DNA of 64,000 nucleotides from an uncultured Halieaceae bacterium (lineage in GTDB: Bacteria > Pseudomonadota > Gammaproteobacteria > Pseudomonadales > Halieaceae), in the NCBI GenBank assembly GCA_913057135.1, contig CAJXNM010000005.1, positions 14,351-78,350 of the forward strand, read 5' to 3'. The translations under genes were made by a program, and so were the position numbers. Below, piece by piece: positions 60,219-64,000 of this stretch. Under the pieces are notes generated by a model. The model was given only the letters and a program-made list of their open reading frames with translations, was not told the DNA's origin and did not search any database. The stretch's first letter is position 1. Each line of letters begins with the position of its first letter.

Positions 60219-61542
60219 TGTCGACCTCCCCCGATTGATTAACACGCCAGGTCTGAATCGCGTTGTTGTGATAAATAGAGCGGGTACCGCGCACCGCCAC
60301 AAGTTCAGCGCGCTGGGGCTGAATGTAACCCGTGCTGTCGTGAACACGGCTCTGAAGCAGTGCTTCGTCCCCCTGCCAGACCCAGTCAGCGTTAAAGCGT
60401 GTGAGCATTTTAGGCAGCGCAGGACCTTCCAGTCGGGCTTCGCGCCAATTGCGTCCTCCGTCGGTCGACACTTCTACCTTCGTCACGGTGCCGCGACCAC
60501 TCCATGCTAACCCGGTTATGCAGTAGTAGCCCTTATTCATCAACTTCTGCCCACCAGAGGGACTGGTAATAACAGACTTCGCCTCTTGAATAGCCGTGTA
60601 CTGCCGCTGCATACCATCGGGCATCAGATCGACATAGTGGCTGGTTTCGTCCTTGGTAGCGTAAGGTTTATCACCCACTTCTATACGACGTAACCATTTG
60701 ACCCAAGACACCCCTTGCACACCGGGCACGACCAGTCGCAACGGATAGCCCTGCTCGGGGCGTAGCATTTCGCCGTTTTGGCCATACGCGACCAGCACAT
60801 CATCGAGGGCATTTTCCATATTGATGGTGCGCGTCATGCTCGAGCCATCCGCACCTTCGGCCAGGATGTAACGGGCTTTTTTGTTGTAACCCGCACGCTC
60901 TAGTAGCAACGATAACGGCACACCCGTCCACTCGGATCCGGACAACATACCGTGGGTATACTGGACCGTGGGCACTGCGGAATTACCCCACTCAAGCGCC
61001 GTATTGGCTCCGCATTCAAGAAAATGCATGCGCGAGACACTGGGCATGCGCATTAGATCTTCCATGGTGAACACCATCGGCGTATCGACAAGACCGTTAA
61101 TCATGAAACGGTGACGACGGGGGTCGATATCGACCCAGCCCTGGTGGTGCCGCTCGAAATGAAGACCACTGGGTGTGATCATCCCAAACATACTTTGGAG
61201 CGGTGTAAACGCGACACTTGCCTGATCCGTTTGGGTGAGTCCGGGGCTTTGTCGGCGAATGATATTGGCTTCGTACTTGGAGGGAAGGCCGTACGGATTA
61301 GCAGCTACCGGCTTACCCAGAATCTTGCTCCACTCGGGTATGTCGACAATATTGGAATCGCTATTAGCAACAGCAGCAGCGCTACCCATGGCAGCCACAG
61401 CACCTGCCAACGCTTTTTTTAACAGACCACGACGCTGCTGGTTAACGCCATTTGCAGAGATATCGGCGACCAGAGCAGGATCGAGAAAGGATTCTGGCGC
61501 AGGCCGAACGTGCCCCTGTGCCGATTCAGCGTCGTCACGCAT
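60202..61542 (-). CDS. soxC: Sulfane/sulfite dehydrogenase molybdopterin subunit SoxC
   Basis: Tat signal (QRRGLLKKALAGAV), a sulfite-oxidase-family Moco domain (FERHHQG, FLECGAN) and a dimerisation domain. Confidence 0.85.
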   Translation of the reverse strand: MRDDAESAQGHVRPAPESFLDPALVADISANGVNQQRRGLLKKALAGAVAAMGSAAAVANSDSNIVDIPEWSKILGKPVAANPYGLPSKYEANIIRRQSPGLTQTDQASVAFTPLQSMFGMITPSGLHFERHHQGWVDIDPRRHRFMINGLVDTPMVFTMEDLMRMPSVSRMHFLECGANTALEWGNSAVPTVQYTHGMLSGSEWTGVPLSLLLERAGYNKKARYILAEGADGSSMTRTINMENALDDVLVAYGQNGEMLRPEQGYPLRLVVPGVQGVSWVKWLRRIEVGDKPYATKDETSHYVDLMPDGMQRQYTAIQEAKSVITSPSGGQKLMNKGYYCITGLAWSGRGTVTKVEVSTDGGRNWREARLEGPALPKMLTRFNADWVWQGDEALLQSRVHDSTGYIQPQRAELVAVRGTRSIYHNNAIQTWRVNQSGEVDNVQLG

Positions 61543-61729
61543 TCGTGCTATCCCCCGACGGTTGTTGTTTTTTTACGGTAAACCTATCTCAGCGAGCCGC
61601 CCAAGTGATATAGCGACTTCTTCTATACTTAGAACCGTTGTTATAATAGCGGTCAAGATACCGGTTTTACAAGCACTGCTGAGGTCGTTTCCAAATCAGC
61701 GCGTATGCAAGGGGGCAGTAGCCAACACC

Positions 61730-63034
61730 ATGAAAAAAATAGGACTGCACGAGCTGTATCGCACCAACCCTATAGAGGCCGATAGAGTGGTGTTTGGTCG
61801 TGAGACCAACCCCGTGAGTCGTCGGGGGTTCATGAAAGGGCTTGGCACTATGGCGTCACTGCTCGGTGGCGAGGTGGTCTTTGCTCACTTTATGCCAGCG
61901 GGTCTGGTACCAGCAGCCCTTGCAGCCAGCGATGATCCCTTTGAAATTCCCGGCAAAGAAGGCCTGATCGTATTAAATGACAAGCCTCTAAACGCCGAAA
62001 CACCAGCACATCTACTCGACGATGACGTTACACCAGCGTCGCGTTTTTTCGTCAGAAATAATGGGCTGACACCCCATAGTGAATCCCTCAATGCCAATAC
62101 GTGGCGGCTGACAATTGACGGCGAAGCGGTCACTAAACCCCTGGAACTTGACATCGCCACCTTAAAAAAACGCTACGCCCACCACAGCGCACAGCTGGTA
62201 ATGGAGTGTGGTGGTAACGGTCGCGCGGAGTTCTTTCCACCGGCCCGAGGCAATCAGTGGACTACCGGCGCCGTAGCCTGTGCACAATGGACCGGCGTAC
62301 GATTGCGTGACGTACTAGAGGATGCGGGCGTCACCGACGAAGCCGTCTACATTGGATACTACGGTGCCGACAAGCACTTGTCGGGTGACCCAACTAAGTT
62401 GCCAATAAGCCGCGGTGTGCCCATGGCAAAGGCCTTGGAAGATGAGACCCTCATTGCCTGGTCCATGAATGGCCAAGACATTCCAGTACTGCACGGATTT
62501 CCATTGCGTCTAGCGATTGGCGGCTGGCCCGCGTCGGTGTCGGGCAAATGGCTGCGCCGAATCGCCGTGCGCGATCGTATCCACGACGGCCCCAAAATGA
62601 CCGGGCAGTCCTACCGGGTGCCTTGCAACCCGGTCGGTCCAGGGGAAGATGTGCCGGATGAAGCCATGTGTATCATCGAATCGATGCCGGTAAAGTCGCT
62701 GATCACCTATCCGAAATCGGGACTCGTGCTTCAGGGGAATCCGCAACTTACCGTAAGAGGTCACGCCTGGGCGGGGGACCTCTCGGTTGCTGGCGTAGAG
62801 CTATCAATTGATTTCGGTGCCAGCTGGCAACCGGCAAGTATTCAGCCGCCACCGAACCGCCTTGCTTGGCAGCGCTTTGAGGGCACCGTCAAGTTCCCAA
62901 AAGCGGGCTATTACGAGGTTTGGGCTCGGGCAACTGACAGTGCGGGTAATGGTCAACCCACCTTACTGCCGGGCTGGAATCCTCGCGGTTATCTGAATAA
63001 TGCATGCCATCGCATAGCGGTACGTGTGGCATGA
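61730..63034 (+). CDS. Sulfite-oxidase-family molybdoenzyme (SorA-like sulfite:cytochrome c oxidoreductase)
   Basis: Tat signal (SRRGFMKGLGTMA), then FFVRNNG, MECGGNGR (Mo-ligand Cys), GFPLRLAIGGW and a C-terminal Ig-like dimerisation domain. I used the ATG at 61730. The ORF-track extension from 61235 lies antisense to soxC. Confidence 0.75.
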   Translation: MKKIGLHELYRTNPIEADRVVFGRETNPVSRRGFMKGLGTMASLLGGEVVFAHFMPAGLVPAALAASDDPFEIPGKEGLIVLNDKPLNAETPAHLLDDDVTPASRFFVRNNGLTPHSESLNANTWRLTIDGEAVTKPLELDIATLKKRYAHHSAQLVMECGGNGRAEFFPPARGNQWTTGAVACAQWTGVRLRDVLEDAGVTDEAVYIGYYGADKHLSGDPTKLPISRGVPMAKALEDETLIAWSMNGQDIPVLHGFPLRLAIGGWPASVSGKWLRRIAVRDRIHDGPKMTGQSYRVPCNPVGPGEDVPDEAMCIIESMPVKSLITYPKSGLVLQGNPQLTVRGHAWAGDLSVAGVELSIDFGASWQPASIQPPPNRLAWQRFEGTVKFPKAGYYEVWARATDSAGNGQPTLLPGWNPRGYLNNACHRIAVRVA

Positions 63035-63366
63035 AATCAGCGACACTGATCCTATGGCTGTGGAGTTTGGCTGCGACCACAACGGCGGCAACTGACCCCG
63101 ATACCGGACTTATCGTGGCACCGGGTCTGGATGCTGTGAAGACGAATTGTACCGTTTGCCATTCCGCACGCTTGATCAGCCAGACCCGCGCCGATCGGGA
63201 GGGTTGGCTTACGATGATTCAATGGATGCAAAAAACCCAAAACCTATGGCCTCTTGGGCCGAATGAGCCGATCATTCTAGATTACTTAGCAACAAACTAT
63301 GCGCCCGAGGCAACCGGTCGCCGGGCAAACTTGCCCCCAGAGCTGATGCCAAAAGCAGCGCCCTAA
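63031..63366 (+). CDS. Monohaem c-type cytochrome (SorB-like partner)
   Basis: Signal peptide and a single CTVCH motif. Its ATG overlaps the upstream stop (ATGA). Confidence 0.65.
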   Translation: MKSATLILWLWSLAATTTAATDPDTGLIVAPGLDAVKTNCTVCHSARLISQTRADREGWLTMIQWMQKTQNLWPLGPNEPIILDYLATNYAPEATGRRANLPPELMPKAAP

Positions 63367-63414
63367 GCGTCCACAGACCACCAACAATAACGAACCACAC
63401 AGGAGGACTAATCC

Positions 63415-64000
63415 ATGAAGCTAACTCGGCAACTGAGCACATTAGCCGGGTGCTTAGCAGCTTGTCTGCTGAGCCCGAGCACGATGGCCGAACCAGCATC
63501 GAGCCCTGAAGAGGTTTTACTGGCCTTAATTAATGAAACGGGGTCAAGTTACCTAACCCAGAGCGAGCAAAATCTCATGATGATGGCGGATAGCCCCGCC
63601 TACTGGACCATCGAGGATGGCGCTGATTTGTTCTACACCGAACGCGGGCCCAATAATGTGACCTTAGAGGGCTGCGATTTTGGCAAGGGACCGGGCGTTA
63701 TCGAAGGTGCCTACGTAGAGCTACCCCGCTACTTCGCCGACACCAATCAGGTGATGGATCTTGAATCGCGCCTGGTTCATTGTATGACCACCTTGCAAGG
63801 GTTCTCACCGGACGATCCTGCAGTAGCCGAACGTCACGGTTCGAGCTCTGACATGATGAAACTCCAGGCGTTTATCAGTAACCAGTCAAATGGCTATGCG
63901 TGGAACACCCCCCTTGACCACCCTCTGGAAAAAGCCTTCCGAGACGCCGGTGAAGTGATGTTTAAACGCCGCGCGGGACCCATGGATTTCGCCTGCACCA
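63415..64000 (+). CDS. soxA: SoxA cytochrome c (5' part; runs off the window)
   Basis: This gene is not in the ORF track because no stop lies within the window. I translated it by hand from the ATG at 63415, which has an AGGAGGA Shine-Dalgarno: MKLTRQLSTLAGCLAA...LEGCDFGKGPGVIEGAYVELPRYFADTNQVMDLESRLVHCM...MDFACT. This is SoxA-like. The CxxCH motif would begin at the window edge. Confidence 0.7.
   Translation, partial: MKLTRQLSTLAGCLAACLLSPSTMAEPASSPEEVLLALINETGSSYLTQSEQNLMMMADSPAYWTIEDGADLFYTERGPNNVTLEGCDFGKGPGVIEGAYVELPRYFADTNQVMDLESRLVHCMTTLQGFSPDDPAVAERHGSSSDMMKLQAFISNQSNGYAWNTPLDHPLEKAFRDAGEVMFKRRAGPMDFACT

Overview
This is a chromosomal segment from a GC-rich Gammaproteobacterium. A marine Cellvibrionales/Pseudomonadales-like origin is only a guess, based on the conserved block thrS-infC-rpmI-rplT-pheS-pheT-ihfA-MerR-tRNAPro and on protein signatures. 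I saw no CRISPR array, integrase, transposase or prophage.

Main blocks, in order:
- 128-9680: a seven-gene Wsp-like chemosensory operon (MCP, CheW, CheR-TPR, CheW, CheA-REC, CheB). Its terminal response regulator carries a PP2C/SpoIIE phosphatase instead of a GGDEF domain, and a STAS anti-sigma-factor antagonist follows it.
- 9.7-24.8 kb: mixed transport, metabolism and signalling genes. These include an NCS2 permease with an extra C-terminal domain, an AcuI/YhdH-like reductase, an FMN glutamate-synthase-like protein coupled to a HAMP-GGDEF-EAL protein, a split YeeE/YedE pair, an isoaspartyl peptidase, an internally deleted amidohydrolase remnant, and a class-V aminotransferase with a divergent Lrp regulator.
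- 24.9-37.8 kb: a housekeeping block with tRNA-Pro(GGG), MerR, ihfA, pheTS, rplT, rpmI, infC (non-AUG start), thrS, an OmpR-type two-component pair, uvrB and tRNA-Asn(GTT).
- 37.8-47.9 kb: an ABC-2 exporter with a secreted alpha/beta hydrolase, threonine aldolase, epoxide hydrolase, a hotdog thioesterase, a small operon preceded by a Fur box, an orphan SprT-like/DUF2786-like protein, and an M20 amidohydrolase.
- 48076-51213: a 1045-aa single ORF fusing an ADP-forming acyl-CoA synthetase to an AcuI/YhdH-type enoyl-CoA reductase.
- 51.2-56.5 kb: envelope and peptidase genes.
- 56.6-64.0 kb: a sulfur-oxidation locus, soxCDYZB on the minus strand, facing a SorAB-like sulfite dehydrogenase pair and the start of soxA on the plus strand.

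The two observations I rate highest are the chemosensory pathway wired to a partner-switching output and the synthetase-reductase fusion. All calls rest on reading the translations and the DNA by eye. No database search was run.
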